A program made the position numbers and the translations under genes. A DNA stretch of 63,727 bases, counting the filler, from Octopus bimaculoides (Eukaryota), in the NCBI RefSeq assembly GCF_001194135.2. It is 6 parts of 5 records of this genome, joined end to end, with 100 filler letters (N's around TTAATTAATTAA, not from the genome) between each part and the next. Parts side by side here need not be neighbours in the genome. Positions count along the whole stretch, not along the records: positions 1 to 18,186 come from NC_068989.1; positions 18,287 to 42,804 come from NC_068998.1; 4 more parts are not named here. One strand, 5' to 3'. Positions within the stretch are counted from its first letter, which is position 1. The number at the start of each line of letters is the position of its first letter. This document shows, in pieces, positions 11,868 through 24,265 of this stretch. Below the pieces are notes generated by a model. The model was not told the origin of the DNA. It saw nothing but the letters and a program-made list of their open reading frames with translations, and did not search any database.

Positions 11868-12195
11868 TTCTTGTTTCAGTCGTTGATCGCGGCAAAACTA
11901 GAGCATCGCCTTGTAATGTTTAGCCAAATTAATCGATCCTAGTGATTATTTTTAAGTCTATTTTTTATTCAATCGGTCACTTTTGCCAATCCACTAAATT
12001 ACAGGGACGTAAGAAAACCAACACCAGTGGGGGGGGGGGGGGGGGGGTAAACGAAAGCACAAAGACACACACATATAAAGGACGGGCTTCCACAGTTTCC
12101 GTCTACTAAATCCACTCACACAGCATAGATCGTCCCAGGGTGCTGTGCAGTAGGACTGAATTCGAACTCATGTGATTGAAAAGCGAGCTTCTTAA
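11868..12195 (-). mobile_element. SINE family A, diverged near-full copy
   Basis: Both tail (TTGTTTCAGTC) and head (GACGGGCTTCCACAGTTTCCGTCTAC) present in reverse orientation. Confidence 0.75.
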
Positions 12196-12570
12196 AGCGA
12201 GCTGCCGATAAATAATTTTCGAGTTTTAACGTCAATGGTCCGGATCTCGTGAAGCGAGCAATCGAATGGCCTAAATATCAATATAAGTAATGTTTTAGCA
12301 AACACGTTCTTATAGTATATTCCTTGATTACGCGTTCCTTGTCACGGGCAACATCATGCTCGATTGTCATCTCATGAGGTCTTCGGCTATTGGCAGAATT
12401 TTCCTTGTCTCTGATTTAACTAACGGTGTGCACCGAGATTATTTCACTCTACAGTTTCTATCAAATGCAAGATGATGGCATACATTATCTTTCGCTCTAG
12501 CAGGCAGAGCTCTTGGGTTAAGATATAAATTCCTATTGGTTGTATTTAATGGAGTTTTTCAGTAATCACA

Positions 12571-12970
12571 GGCGCAGGAGTGGCTGTGTGGTAAGTAGCT
12601 TGCTTACCAACCACATGGTTCCGGTTTCAGTCCCACTGCGTGGCACCATGGGCGAGTGTCTTCTACTATAGCCTCGGGCCGACCAAAGCCTTGAGAGTGG
12701 ATTTGGTAGACGGAAACTGAAAGAAGCCCGTCGTATATATTATATATATATATATATATGTATGTGTGTTTGTGTGTCTGTGTTTGTCCCCCCCATCATC
12801 GCTTGACAACCGATGCTGGTGTGTTTACGTCCCCGTAACTTAGCGGTTCGGCAAAAAAGAGACCGATAGAATAAGTACTAGGCTTCCAAAGAATAAGTCC
12901 TGGGATCGATTTGCTCGACTAAAGGCGGTGCTCCAGCATGGCCGCAGTCAAATGACTGAAACAAGTAAAA
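12571..12970 (+). mobile_element. SINE family A, full-length young copy with internal (TA)n(TG)n
   Basis: tRNA-like head GGCGCAGGAGTGGCTGTGTGGTAAG, internal microsatellite, and tail ending GACTGAAACAAGTAAAA. Confidence 0.92.
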
Positions 12971-13321
12971 AAGAAAAAAAAAAAGCATTCAGACCAGAGT
13001 CGGGTTTGTTTTACGCCCACGTTTTTTGTTTGTTTTTTTCCACGTAGATATTGACCTTGACACCAATATCCTTTCGCTAGTTTATGAGTGTGACCTGCAA
13101 GGGTCATGGACACGTCTCCTCTTCTTTCGAATAGCTTAAACAAAAACAACAACAAATGTTTAATTGACACTGTATTTATATCTGGGTGACAAGCTGATGT
13201 TACATTTTCAATGAGGGTTAAAGTAACATCTCACGAGTGTATGATGTTGAATCTGAATGATATATTCCTTATTACTGAGAAGTTAAAGAGGAAAGGACAC
13301 TACAGAATAATTAGGCATCCC

Positions 13322-13322
13322 T

Positions 13323-13390
<68 letters not shown>

Positions 13391-13418
13391 GCTGCTGCTG
13401 CTGCTGCTGTTGTTGTTG
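13322..13418. repeat. (GTT)n(GCT)n compound microsatellite
   Basis: Directly visible. Confidence 0.97.
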
Positions 13419-13759
13419 TATGAGGTACAAGTAAATATTAGAAAATAACCAGAAAACCGACATTCTTTTTTCTTTTTTTTCAGACAAACAGGTTCTTCAA
13501 GTCATTCAAAGAAACTAAGGCATGAATAAATGAATATGAACACTGTTCAAAATATCAACACACGCACACATACACGCCTACAACGTTCACGCAACACTAC
13601 ATACACATCTTAAATTGCGTGCGCGCACACATACACACAACAGAAGTTTTTGTTAGTACCTTATCATGGCCCTTATCATGACCATATAAGGAATAAAGAA
13701 CGCATTAATAACTATCAATTATGATTATTACCGAAGACTGAGCCGATAATTTAGTAAAA

Positions 13760-13930
13760 AGGCAGACAAAATGCCTTGTGATATTTATTATTGCGCTTTA
13801 CATCTCGTTTAAATCCCGTCGAAGTTAACTTCGCCTTTTATTCTTCTGAGGTCGATAAAATAGAGTACCAGTCAAGTACTGAGTTCTATATTAACGACTA
13901 GACTGTGTTCCAAACATTCCATCCTTTATA
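13760..13930 (+). mobile_element. SINE B, degenerate
   Basis: GGCAGA...TTCGCCTTT...GGTCGATAAAATAGAGTACCAGT. Confidence 0.6.
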
Positions 13931-14048
13931 ACTATATTAGGAATAAATTTTACCGAAGACCGGTTCTTAAGTTTCACTTGACGAACTGCTAGTCACAGGG
14001 GCCTAANNNNNNNNNNNNNNNNNNNNNNNNNNNNNNNNNNNNNNNNNN

Positions 14049-14110
<62 letters not shown>

Positions 14111-14124
14111 GTGTGTACGACGCA

Positions 14125-14232
14125 CTTTTTTTCACAAGGCTTTGGACGGCTCGATGTTATTGTAGGAAACACTTGTCTAAGGTGTCAATCTGGGGTACTG
14201 AAGCCGGAACCATGTGATTGGAAAGCAATCTT
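14125..14232 (-). mobile_element. SINE A head fragment
   Basis: CACAAGGCTTTGG...ACACTTG.CTAAGGTG...CCGGAACCATGTG. Confidence 0.7.
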
Positions 14233-14314
14233 CATACACACACGTATGTATGTATGCATGTATGTACGTATGTATTTTGGCAACTGACTTCATCCTTAAA
14301 GATTAAAAATTAAA

Positions 14315-14640
14315 CTGGTTATCCGTCGACTACGACGACGAGGGTTCCAGTTGATCCGATCAACGGAACAGCCTGCTCTTGAAATTAACGTGCAAGTGGC
14401 TGAGCACTCTACAGACACGCGTACCCCTTCACATACTTCTCAGGGAGATTCAGCGTGAATACAGAGTGTGACAAGGCTGGCCCTTTGAAATACAGGTACA
14501 ACTCATTTTTGCCAGCTGAGTGAACTGGAGCAACATAAAAGAAAGTGTCTTGCTCAAGGACACAACGTGTCACCGGGAATTGAACACACGACCTTGCGAT
14601 CGTGAGCCGAATAATAACCTAACCCTAAGCCTGCACCTTC
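14315..14640 (-). mobile_element. tRNA-derived SINE family C1
   Basis: Shared 3' block GGGTTCCAGTTGATCCGATCAACGGAACAGCCTGCTC plus GTGTCTTGCTCAAGGACAC core and a tRNA-like head. Confidence 0.85.
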
Positions 14641-15697
14641 ATACAAATTAAACATACTCAATATCTAAATCTCAAAAATGTTTAAATCGGTTTCGTTCAC
14701 CATTGTCTCATTTCTAGATAGGTATCTACCAGAAAAAAAATCGACGTAACAGCATTTTTTCTAAACTAAAGGTAGTAGCGTTTTTTTTTTTTGTGTGTGT
14801 GTGTTTTTTTAATTTCTTAAGCAATTGATACATATTACCTTTAATTTAGGAATAAAAGTTCCCAATGAGATTCCAGTTTGGGACTTCCTAAATATACACG
14901 AATAAAGCATCCGTTGACCATCGAAACGTAGTGTAGATATATTGACATTTTTTCACATTTAAAGTTGAGGGTAATGGTCCATAAAATTCAACTTTCACAG
15001 AAGGCTAAATTGATATACTAAACTAACTTGACAGAGCACGGACAAATCTTGAAACCAAGAATGAAAATATCAACTTGTCAGAAAAACATTATGATTCTAA
15101 AACCGATTCGGAAAGATGTCATTCGAAACCTAACTGTATAAAAATCTATTTGTTTGTTTCTGAAGTGGCCTGACATTTTATTACAGCTTTCGGTTTTAAT
15201 AGTCGCTATCAGAAAATACGAAGAAAATGTGATCCATACTTATCAAGAGTTGTTGTTAAGATTGTCGACAACTTGCCATTTAATATCTCTGACATTGTTT
15301 AGGAACAATATGTGTGTATGTGTACGTATGTGTGTTTATATATGTGCGTGTGGTTATGAGTCCATATTTGCATTTATGCTTAACGGTATAAACGTGTATG
15401 CCGAGTGATATTCTTTAAGTCAAGGTGTCACGTACAGAATACGGGAGTAGATTTGATCGAGTAAAACTCCAAACGATAGTACCCCAGCATGGTTGCAGAT
15501 CAGTCAGAAAATTAAAGAATATAGGCGCGAAATAGTCCATACGAATGTCGAATTGGGTTGACTCCTACAGTGCGGCACATCGATCAAATGCCTTCTACCG
15601 TAGCCTGAAGCTGGTCAATGTTTTGTGAATTAAAATTCTAATGGAAAGTCCACAGAAGATCGTTGTATTTGTACGGGTGTTTTATAGATATATATAT

Positions 15698-15729
<32 letters not shown>

Positions 15730-15894
15730 ATGCGTGTTCATATATATATATATATATATATATATTTTAATAGTAATGGTAAGACAATAAAAGAATGAAA
15801 GAGACCACATACACACACGTGTATATGTTACCTATGTAGTAGATATATGTGTATGTATATTTATAACAGATTTTATTTTTCATTTCTATAGTTT

Positions 15895-15998
15895 GGACGG
15901 CGAACTGGCAGAATCGTCAGCACGCCGGACAAAATGCATGACGACATTTTGTCCGTCTTTACGTTCTGAGTTCAAATTCCGCCGAGGCCCTTTGTTCT
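15895..15998 (+). mobile_element. SINE B 5' part (truncated by gap)
   Basis: GGCGAACTGGCAGAATCGTCAGCACGCCGG...GAGTTCAAATTCCGCCGAGG. Confidence 0.85.
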
Positions 15999-16357
15999 NN
16001 NNNNNNNNNNNNNNNNNNNNNNNNNNNNNNNNNNNNNNNNNNNNNNNNNNNNNNNNNNNNNNNNNNNNNNNNNNNNNNNNNNNNNNNNNNNNNNNNNNNN
16101 NNNNNNNNNNNNNNNNNNNNNNNNNNNNNNNNNNNNNNNNNNNNNNNNNNNNNNNNNNNNNNNNNNNNNNNNNNNNNNNNNNNNNNNNNNNNNNNNNNNN
16201 NNNNNNNNNNNNNNNNNNNNNNNNNNNNNNNNNNNNNNNNNNNNNNNNNNNNNNNNNNNNNNNNNNNNNNNNNNNNNNNNNNNNNNNNNNNNNNNNNNNN
16301 NNNNNNNNNNNNNNNNNNNNNNNNNNNNNNNNNNNNNNNNNNNNNNNNNNNNNNNNN

Positions 16358-16393
<36 letters not shown>

Positions 16394-16399
16394 TGTATA

Positions 16400-16612
16400 T
16401 GTTTGTGTGTCTGTGTGTGTGTGTCCCCCCCCCCAACTTTTCTTGGTGTGTTTACGTCCCCGTAACTTAGCGGTTCGGCAAAAAGAGACCGATAGAATAA
16501 GTAGTAGGCTTCCAAAGAATAAGTCCTGGGGTCGATTTGCTCGACTAAAGGCGGTGCCCCAGCATGGCCGCAGTCAAGTGACTGAAACAAGTAAAAGAGT
16601 AAAAGAGTAAAG
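16400..16612 (+). mobile_element. SINE A 3' half
   Basis: Near-identical to 12780-12970; the head is probably lost in the gap. Confidence 0.9.
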
Positions 16613-17924
16613 AGAGAGTGTAGAAAATTCAAGAAAATACTGGTGGGTGGAACAATTTAAAAAGATCCGTATGTGTAAATTGGTTGGTTGGTTGGCTGGT
16701 TGCTTGCTTGCTTGCTTGGTTCGATGTATGCATGTCAGTCAGTCAGACAGTCAACCTTTGCACATTTTCCATTAACTAAATTCCGTATAAATATATGTCA
16801 CACTGTTCGGTCCTGAATAAATGTATACAGCACTTACATAACTTATCCCACATAATAATCTATATGTAATATTGTTTGATGCAGAATGGTATTGAAACAA
16901 ATGTAACCAATATTAAATTTATGCTACATTGATATCTTCCATCTTCTTATTTGCTTTATATGTTACTCTGCGTAATACTTAAATACTTACACACTAATTC
17001 TATTAGTGATAAGAACCCGGAGTTCTTCACCAGTTGAACTTTCTCAAATACCAGATTTAAAGTGTAAAAGCCAAAGGTTCGTAATGAATGCTCCATAAGA
17101 ATATTACTAGACTCAGACTTATATTACGTGTGTATGTATGTGTGTGTATGCATACATATATGAGCACACGTGTGAGAGAGAGAAAGAGGAAGTATATATA
17201 TATATATATATATATGCTCACAAAAATTACATAAGTTCATTTTAGAAGAGCGTATTAATAAAATTAGGGAGATAACTGCTCATCTGAATAAATCTCAAGG
17301 GAGTCATTTAACGCTTCCGTTTATATTTATGTAAAAATATAAATATGAAAAACAAAACACCGTTTCGCACACAAACACACACGCACATAAGCGCACACTT
17401 GCATTCATTTTAACTGATTTTACACACACACACACGTGCATGTGTGTGTGTAAATATACATATATATGTATGCATGTACACATACATACATACATACATA
17501 CATAATATATGCATGTATCAGGGTTGTGACGTCCGGTTAATCAAATCAGGCTGCGTTTCGCAATACTAAGACGATAAATATATAAAATATTAAATAAATA
17601 AGTAAATAAAATAAATGGTTCCCAATTCATTATATAAATAAATCCTAATTTAATGCTTGTCATTCTGCGTAGAATTCATTCAATGGCTACATTTTTTTAT
17701 TGCAGACAGCTACAGCGTCTGTTATCTACTGTTGCTTTTGAAGTTCAATGTATGTACTAAGCGTAACGCTATTAATCCTACGGACTGTGATTTAAGCTAC
17801 ATAATATACATAACACATAATGGCAGAACGAACTGGGCGGAGCAGGAGGATACACGCGGATGGAAAGGGTAGCTGAAGAGGTGACAGATGAGTGATGAAA
17901 GATGTCCAGACAGTGGATTGTTGT

Positions 17925-18186
17925 TGTTGGCACTCCGTCGCTTACGACGTCGAGGGTTCCAGTTGATCCGATCAACGGAACAGCCTGCTCGTGAAATTAA
18001 CGTGCAAGTGGCTGAGCACTCCAAGACACGTGTACCCTTAACGTAGTTCTCGGGGATATTCAGCGTGACACAGTGAGACAAGGCTGACCCTTTGAATTAC
18101 AGGTACAACAGAAACAGGAAGTAAGAGTGAGAGAATGTTGAGGCGAAAGAGTACAGCAGGGTTCGCCACCATCTCCTGCCGGAGCC
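17925..18186 (-). mobile_element. SINE family C2 (truncated by gap)
   Basis: Reverse complement of 51840-52165. Confidence 0.88.
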
Positions 18187-18230
18187 NNNNNNNNNNNNNN
18201 NNNNNNNNNNNNNNNNNNNNNNNNNNNNNN

Positions 18231-18242
18231 TTAATTAATTAA
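18231..18242. other. Artificial TTAATTAATTAA gap spacer (also 42849, 55246, 58496, 62313)
   Basis: The identical 12-mer, with stops in all six frames, is always embedded in N runs. Confidence 0.9.
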
Positions 18243-18286
18243 NNNNNNNNNNNNNNNNNNNNNNNNNNNNNNNNNNNNNNNNNNNN

Positions 18287-18936
18287 AAAGAATTCACTTT
18301 TCATCGCAAGTCGCAATCCGTCGAGAAACGGGTCGTTCTTGTTGCGTAAATGAAAGGAAGGCGACACTCCAAAACGGTGTTTATTTATTTATTTTTTTGG
18401 TTGTCGTTCAATTTGTGCGGCACCCATTTGTCAAGTATTTTTGTTTTTCCAATCTCTTTCAAGTTACGTCTAATTCAGAAGCAAGCTCTCTCGAACAGTT
18501 ATGCGTGGATTGGCTTCGACTAAGGCTCTTAGTTGATCGTTGTCAACATCCGATGGTCGACCACTATGCTTAGCAACTTCAATACTCTCGTCACCGCTAC
18601 GAAATTTCTTGAACCACCATTGTGCTGTACGCTCATAAGTGGTTCCTGGGCCAAACGCATCGTTGATATCGCCAGCTGTTTCAGCAGCTTTTCAGCCTAG
18701 CTTGAACTGGAATAAGAAAATTGTGCGAATTTGTATTTTGTCCATATTGTATTAAACATTCCGGAAAAAAATGGCCTAATTATTCAAAAAAGAAAAAGAG
18801 TAACACGGTTAGATAGAGGAAAAAACGGGCTTTAAAATGATATATAAAGTCAAAGTAATTTAACGAAAATTAATTTGAAAAGACATCATTTAAAACCAAA
18901 ATTAAAAATTCCGCAAGAACTTTCTTGACAACCTAA
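18287..18936 (-). mobile_element. Mariner (Hsmar1/cecropia-like) 5' half with disrupted transposase
   Basis: From the ATG at 18745: MDKIQIRTIFLFQFKLG*KAAETAGDINDAFGPGT...QWWFKKFRSGDES...GRPSDVDNDQLRALVEANPR, then DKWVPHKL and RNKNDPFL; TIR TTAGGTTGTCAAGAAAGTTCTTGCGG preceded by TA. Confidence 0.92.
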
Positions 18937-18972
18937 TATATATGTATGTATGTATGTATGTACGTATGTATG

Positions 18973-19704
18973 TTATCAATCAGTTTCATTTCTGTATTTC
19001 TTGTCCATAGAGAAAGAGCCGGACTCTAACATAGATTCAAGGCTCATTCATTGGAACTTTTATCAACATCATCTAGGTATTTGTGCATNNNNNNNNNNNN
19101 NNNNNNNNNNNNNNNNNNNNNNNNNNNNNNNNNNNNNNNNNNNNNNNNNNNNNNNNNNNNNNNNNNNNNNNNNNNNNNNNNNNNNNNNNNNNNNNNNNNN
19201 NNNNNNNNNNNNNNNNNNNNNNNNNNNNNNNNNNNNNNNNNNNNNNNNNNNNNNNNNNNNNNNNNNNNNNNNNNNNNNNNNNNNNNNNNNNNNNNNNNNN
19301 NNNNNNNNNNNNNNNNNNNNNNNNNNNNNNNNNNNNNNNNNNNNNNNNNNNNNNNNNNNNNNNNNNNNNNNNNNNNNNNNNNNNNNNNNNNNNNNNNNNN
19401 NNNNNNNNNNNNNNNNNNNNNNNNNNNNNNNNNNNNNNNNNNNNNNNNNNNNNNNNNNNNNNNNNNNNNNNNNNNNNNNNNNNNNNNNNNNNNNNNNNNN
19501 NNNNNNNNNNNNNNNNNNNNNNNNNNNNNNNNNNNNNNNNNNNNNNNNNNNNNNNNNNNNNNNNNNNNNNNNNNNNNNNNNNNNNNNNNNNNNNNNNNNN
19601 NNNNNNNNNNNNNNNNNCTCCTTAGCCCCGGGGTTATCCTGTCGGCGGATTTCATTGTACAGTGTCTTGGCCACAACATCATGTCTCATAGGTAGGTAAT
19701 ACCG
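18973..19704 (-). mobile_element. 5'-truncated R4/Dong-clade (REL-endonuclease) LINE
   Basis: [24 protein letters not shown] (RHD motif), a gap, then AQIPR* and a ~100-nt 3' UTR; (TATG)n on both flanks. Confidence 0.72.
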
Positions 19705-19914
19705 TATGTATGTATGTATGTATGTATGTATGTATGTATGTATGTATGTATGTATGTATGTATGTATGTATATGGAGAGCTTCCAATATTTACCTTATTT
19801 CTTATTAGTCTTAATTTTGTGGTTGTTCGGAACTCTATACAAATTTCTTTCGGGTTCATCATGTAACATGTCAAGTTCGTACGTTCTTAGTATCAATATA
19901 TTCATCATTGATAC

Positions 19915-20105
19915 AAGGCCGCAAGCTGGCAGAATCGTTAGCATTTCGTCTGTAATTACGTTCTGAGTTCAAATTCTGCCGAGGTTGACTTTACCTTTCA
20001 TCCTTTCAGGGTCAATAGAATAAGTACCAGTTAAACCCCGGTGTCAATCTAATCGACTTGGCCCCGGCCCAAAACTGCTGGCCTTGTGCCAAAATTTGAA
20101 ACCAT
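19915..20105 (+). mobile_element. SINE B
   Basis: GCTGGCAGAATCGTTAGCA...GAGTTCAAATTCTGCCGAGG...GGCCTTGTGCCAAAATTTGAAACC. Confidence 0.88.
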
Positions 20106-20799
20106 TATATTCATCGTTGAATGAAGGAAATGTTATATGCTTTTTTGTGTGTTTTGGTTTTATGCTGTTGTAATGAAAAATGGAATATAAATTGATTTCT
20201 ACAATTCTAAAGAATGGGGAATATAAGATTAACAAAACATAATAGGCAAATGATAAAACTGTAAGCGTAATAAGCTATACCGAAATTGTTATGACATCCG
20301 TAGAAGCGCACATTAGATCGAGGGGCTGGGTGTTGTGCAACGTTCAAATCAACCAATAAGCTTTTGATATTTTACTTCCTCGCAGCAGTTTTTTTTTATC
20401 ATTTAGTCGGGAAGGAAGGTATTGCCCAGAGCTTCCAAGACTAGAGGGGGGAAGGTGTCCGAAAATCGGAAACCTGACTCGAATGCATGCAACAGAGTCA
20501 ACTCTATTAAAGGAACCGTCGGTGCTAGCTGCAACTGCTGGTATTAGACTATGCATATTTATATGCATATTTATAATAAAGTGAATGGTACTTGAAAACT
20601 TGTTACATCTGACAATGATTACAAAATACAAAATGTTTAAAGAATTTACAAGCTTTTTATTCGAAAATTGTCCGTTTCTTCATTGTATAATTGCTGTTGT
20701 AATTGTTATACCAATCCAGGTCCACACTGATTAACCATACCTATGTAGAATCGAAGACATTCCAACAACGACCCTCTGGGCTTTTTAGAGCGTATAAGA

Positions 20800-20905
20800 T
20801 TCTATCATGTATGACTCCTTCGGTTTTTTAAGGCGATGAGTGTGATTTAACTGCTATTTCTAGCAAGTCGACCGATCATGTAGAGGCTCCCTGGTTGGCT
20901 CGTCG
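20800..20905 (+). repeat. Unclassified interspersed repeat (related copies 23890-23975 on -, 27440-27515 on +)
   Basis: Shared GATTT.GCTGCTATT.CT...GAGG.TCCC motif. Confidence 0.55.
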
Positions 20906-21639
20906 AAAGGAAATTTTTGGGAAGTTTCCGAATGGCGGAGTTGTATATTCAACAGTGGTCTCTGCCTATTTTTAGGTTCTAAGAAGTAATTTGAAAAATA
21001 TATCGGAATAGGATGACGTCACATATTTCTGTTTCTGTGGTGATTGTTGAGTGATTTTTTCCTGGTGTGGTGATTCTCTGGTAATTCGCACTATTTTGTA
21101 TCGATTAATACAGCGGATATTAAATGTTACAAAATAGTTGCCAGCCTGAGATTGTTTTAATAGATTTTTCTATCAAATTTTATGAAAAGTCGACCCAGTT
21201 GGTATAGCAGCTTGACCGATGGGCTTTAGCTGTCTTCAATACCATAACTACTCTTGCGGAAAAAATTGAACTATATGTATGATGGCATTCAAATTATGAT
21301 TGTCTAGTTTTAAAAGTATTTATATAGTCAAACACTGAAGATAGACCACGCAATCTTCGATGATGTTTTATAGCTGCATCACAAAGGCTAGGCTTCCTCT
21401 TCGAGGTCAAAAAATATGTTTGATCCGAACAGCTAGTGATCCTCTATAAAACGAAATACGTATTGTGCAGCAGTGACGGGCATTATTATTCTGGACCATA
21501 TCCGTCTGTTAGGTTGTCTTATTAACATGTTGAAACTTCTAGATCATCGCTGTTCTTTGTATTCTATCTTTACTACAGCATGTTATTCTCATTTGAGTTA
21601 GTAAACAGAAATACTTAAACAGATAGAGTAAGCTTTGAG

Positions 21640-21775
21640 GAACCAAGACACACACACCTTTCTTACTTTTTTCATCCTTTATCTTTTTACTTCCCTAAAC
21701 ACTGTAACTCTCTGGAACAACTTCCTTGTTCACATTTTACCCACTGAACATTAAACCCCAGTTACCCTAATAGCT
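21640..21775 (+). mobile_element. CR1-group LINE 3' end fragment
   Basis: TVTLWNNFLVHILP resembles RTxxLWNxLPxxVFP. Confidence 0.4.
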
Positions 21776-22619
21776 GGAGATGACCTGTAAGGTCTTCAAT
21801 AATACCTGATTATGAATTCTGTTCCTCTTTAGTAATACCAGACAACATTTACAACAACGTAAATGTGGTCTTTTTAGAAGATGCATCATGAATATTCGAA
21901 TATTTTGTGGATGATCATTAGTCTCTGACCAATCCTGATTAAAACAAATCTATAATCAAAGACTTTCAGTCGTGATCCTACAGTGTTTTTCGAAGTATAT
22001 AGGACTACACTGTCCAATGTGTCTGTCATATTTAGAGACAGTGACTAGTTTTATGAGGGAGACTTTGGTTGCTAGTCTGATGTGGCTCCTAGTCTGATGT
22101 GCTTGTGAACTTGATGTTTCATCGAGGTCAGAAATCCGACACCTAGAAATTATGACGGTTAATTTTCTTATCAATTATTCTCTGAATTAGTGGGAGACTT
22201 ATTAAAAAGTATAAAAGGTCCAAATCCCACCAAGGTCAACTTTGACTTTCATCATTCCTAGATCAGTTAAATACAGTACCAGTCAAGCATGTAAAAGGTA
22301 TCATGATAGACCATAAAATAATGAAAAGGTAAAGCCTATCCCAGTGGCATGTGAAGTCAAAACGTAAAGGGATATTAGTATATACGACAGGGTATTAAGT
22401 ACTGCGCTCTATTGTTTCTGCCACACAATTTACAAAATAATTATTTAACGGAAAAAGTAAAACATTGATTAACTGACCTGGGATAACTGACCTGGGATAA
22501 CTGACCCGGAATATTAACAATGTCCACTCTTTGTTTCAGTAAATTCACTACCTTGACGACCACAGAGCAAACGCATTGGTTACTATATTAAATCCTTTTG
22601 ATTTATTTAATCTAGAGAA

Positions 22620-22890
22620 AAAGGCTCTATGGCCTAGGCTGGCCTTTCGAAACTAGTGAAACTGATGCGGACGATGTTTTGGGGAGGAAGGATTAGACGA
22701 AGGGATTAGTGAGGTGTTTGGTAGGGGATAGGGGTATACAATATGAATGATAATACGAGGAAAGACGAAGGAATCGGGATGTCTGAGGGGAGCTAGCACG
22801 AGACCAGCAAGCTCCGTAGTAGTAGTTGAAGAGGCAGAGGGAAGATAATACATCTGTGAACCAGAGGCTGGAGTATGCACTAGAAATTTA
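22620..22890 (-). mobile_element. CR1-group LINE 3' fragment
   Basis: SSLCLFNYYYGAC resembles SSLCLFYRYYxGxC; same family as 4855. Confidence 0.5.
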
Positions 22891-24265
22891 GGATTTTAAG
22901 AGAGAAATATCTAGCTGCATTAATCTCGGAAGGTATATAATTTGGAAATGTACAGAAAAGGTCTGTAAAATAGAAAGGAGTACAGAACTTATATTTTATC
23001 AATCGGAAGAATATGAATCAACATTGTATCAATATATTTACTTTAATCATTCTAGCACCTATTTTGTTGCCATTGTTTCTGTGCGTATTTATTTATATAT
23101 CACTGTTTAATTTCATGTATATATAATATATATAAATGTATATATGTTTATAAACCGTTAAGCTATTACACGGAAGAGCAGGTGTAAATACATAAAGTGA
23201 AACATATAAAGCTTTACATGAATGAACAAATATTTTTGCATCAAAAGAGCTCTTTCCGCCAGAACGATTCTTTTATTTACAAAAAATGTCAGTCTCTGCG
23301 GGCAATGAGAATGATTAATCTTAGTGGTTTACTTCAATTTTCAGCTACTTGTTGCTTGTGTAAGCCACACACTAGTAATTTGGCAACCCTTAGCAGCTAC
23401 GACTGTTCAACGTATCAGTTTCTCTTGTTCGGAGCTTCCTGTTGTTCGAATCAGCAAGCTGTGAACTAATTAGTAGTTGGAGAAGCCAATAAACCAGACT
23501 TGTCTAGCTTAGAATCTTTTACAACTGACTGGATTTTGCCAATTTTTTTCGCCAAATTTTCGAGTTTATTATAAATATAATTAGTCAATATATACTGACT
23601 GTTATGTTAGAAAAGAATTTGAGCAATAACGTACTGGGTGAAAAATTACTCGAAGAATTATTTGAAGATGATATTGGTAGACTTACCATGCACTCTGGAT
23701 TTAACGAGTCTACCCAAATTTAGAGTATTTGACCTCGACTTTCTGGTCAGGAGAGATTATTCTTTCAATCAAAAACGTGTAAAACTTCATAGGATTTAAG
23801 TTTATTACTTAAGACAGAATATAACCATCACATATTAAATTAAGCTTGCATATCTGCTTCCGTCACTACTAAATGCCATAACAAATCAAAGAGGGATCCT
23901 CTATGCGCTCGCTTGATCTGCAAGAAATAGCAACAGATCTCTCTCAAGTTACACTTTACCATGGTCTTAGAAAAAAAGAAAAAGAAGAAAGAACGAATTG
24001 GATAATGCAGTGCTAGATACCCGAAAATAACAACTGAATCTTATCTGGAACTGATTAGATAAGTCTGTTGAATTAGCACTGACTTTGGGCTAATGACAGC
24101 AAAAACAGTAAGAATTACAACTAAATCCCTTGTACGAGCTTACGTATTTGCCTCTAGAGAGAGTATGTCATTAGATGACTGTTAGCCGGGTTTTTCCTGT
24201 GTACGACAGCATATAGCTTTAGAGTGAAATATGTGTTGTTCTGTATATACATACATGCATACACA

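Noticed and set aside
14895-14935. TACAC...GAAACGTA-GTGTA, a hammerhead-like 3' half
   Set aside because: The core position reads GAATAAA rather than CUGANGA and there is no helix II; at best a dead relic.
18231-18242. TTAATTAATTAA islands inside N runs (5 occurrences) resembling a conserved motif
   Set aside because: Identical 12-mer with six-frame stops, always N-flanked; an assembly spacer, not biology.
20320-21520. Faint hAT-like peptides (PAVAASTDGSF on -, RLPLRGQ on +)
   Set aside because: Short, on opposite strands, and unsupported by termini.
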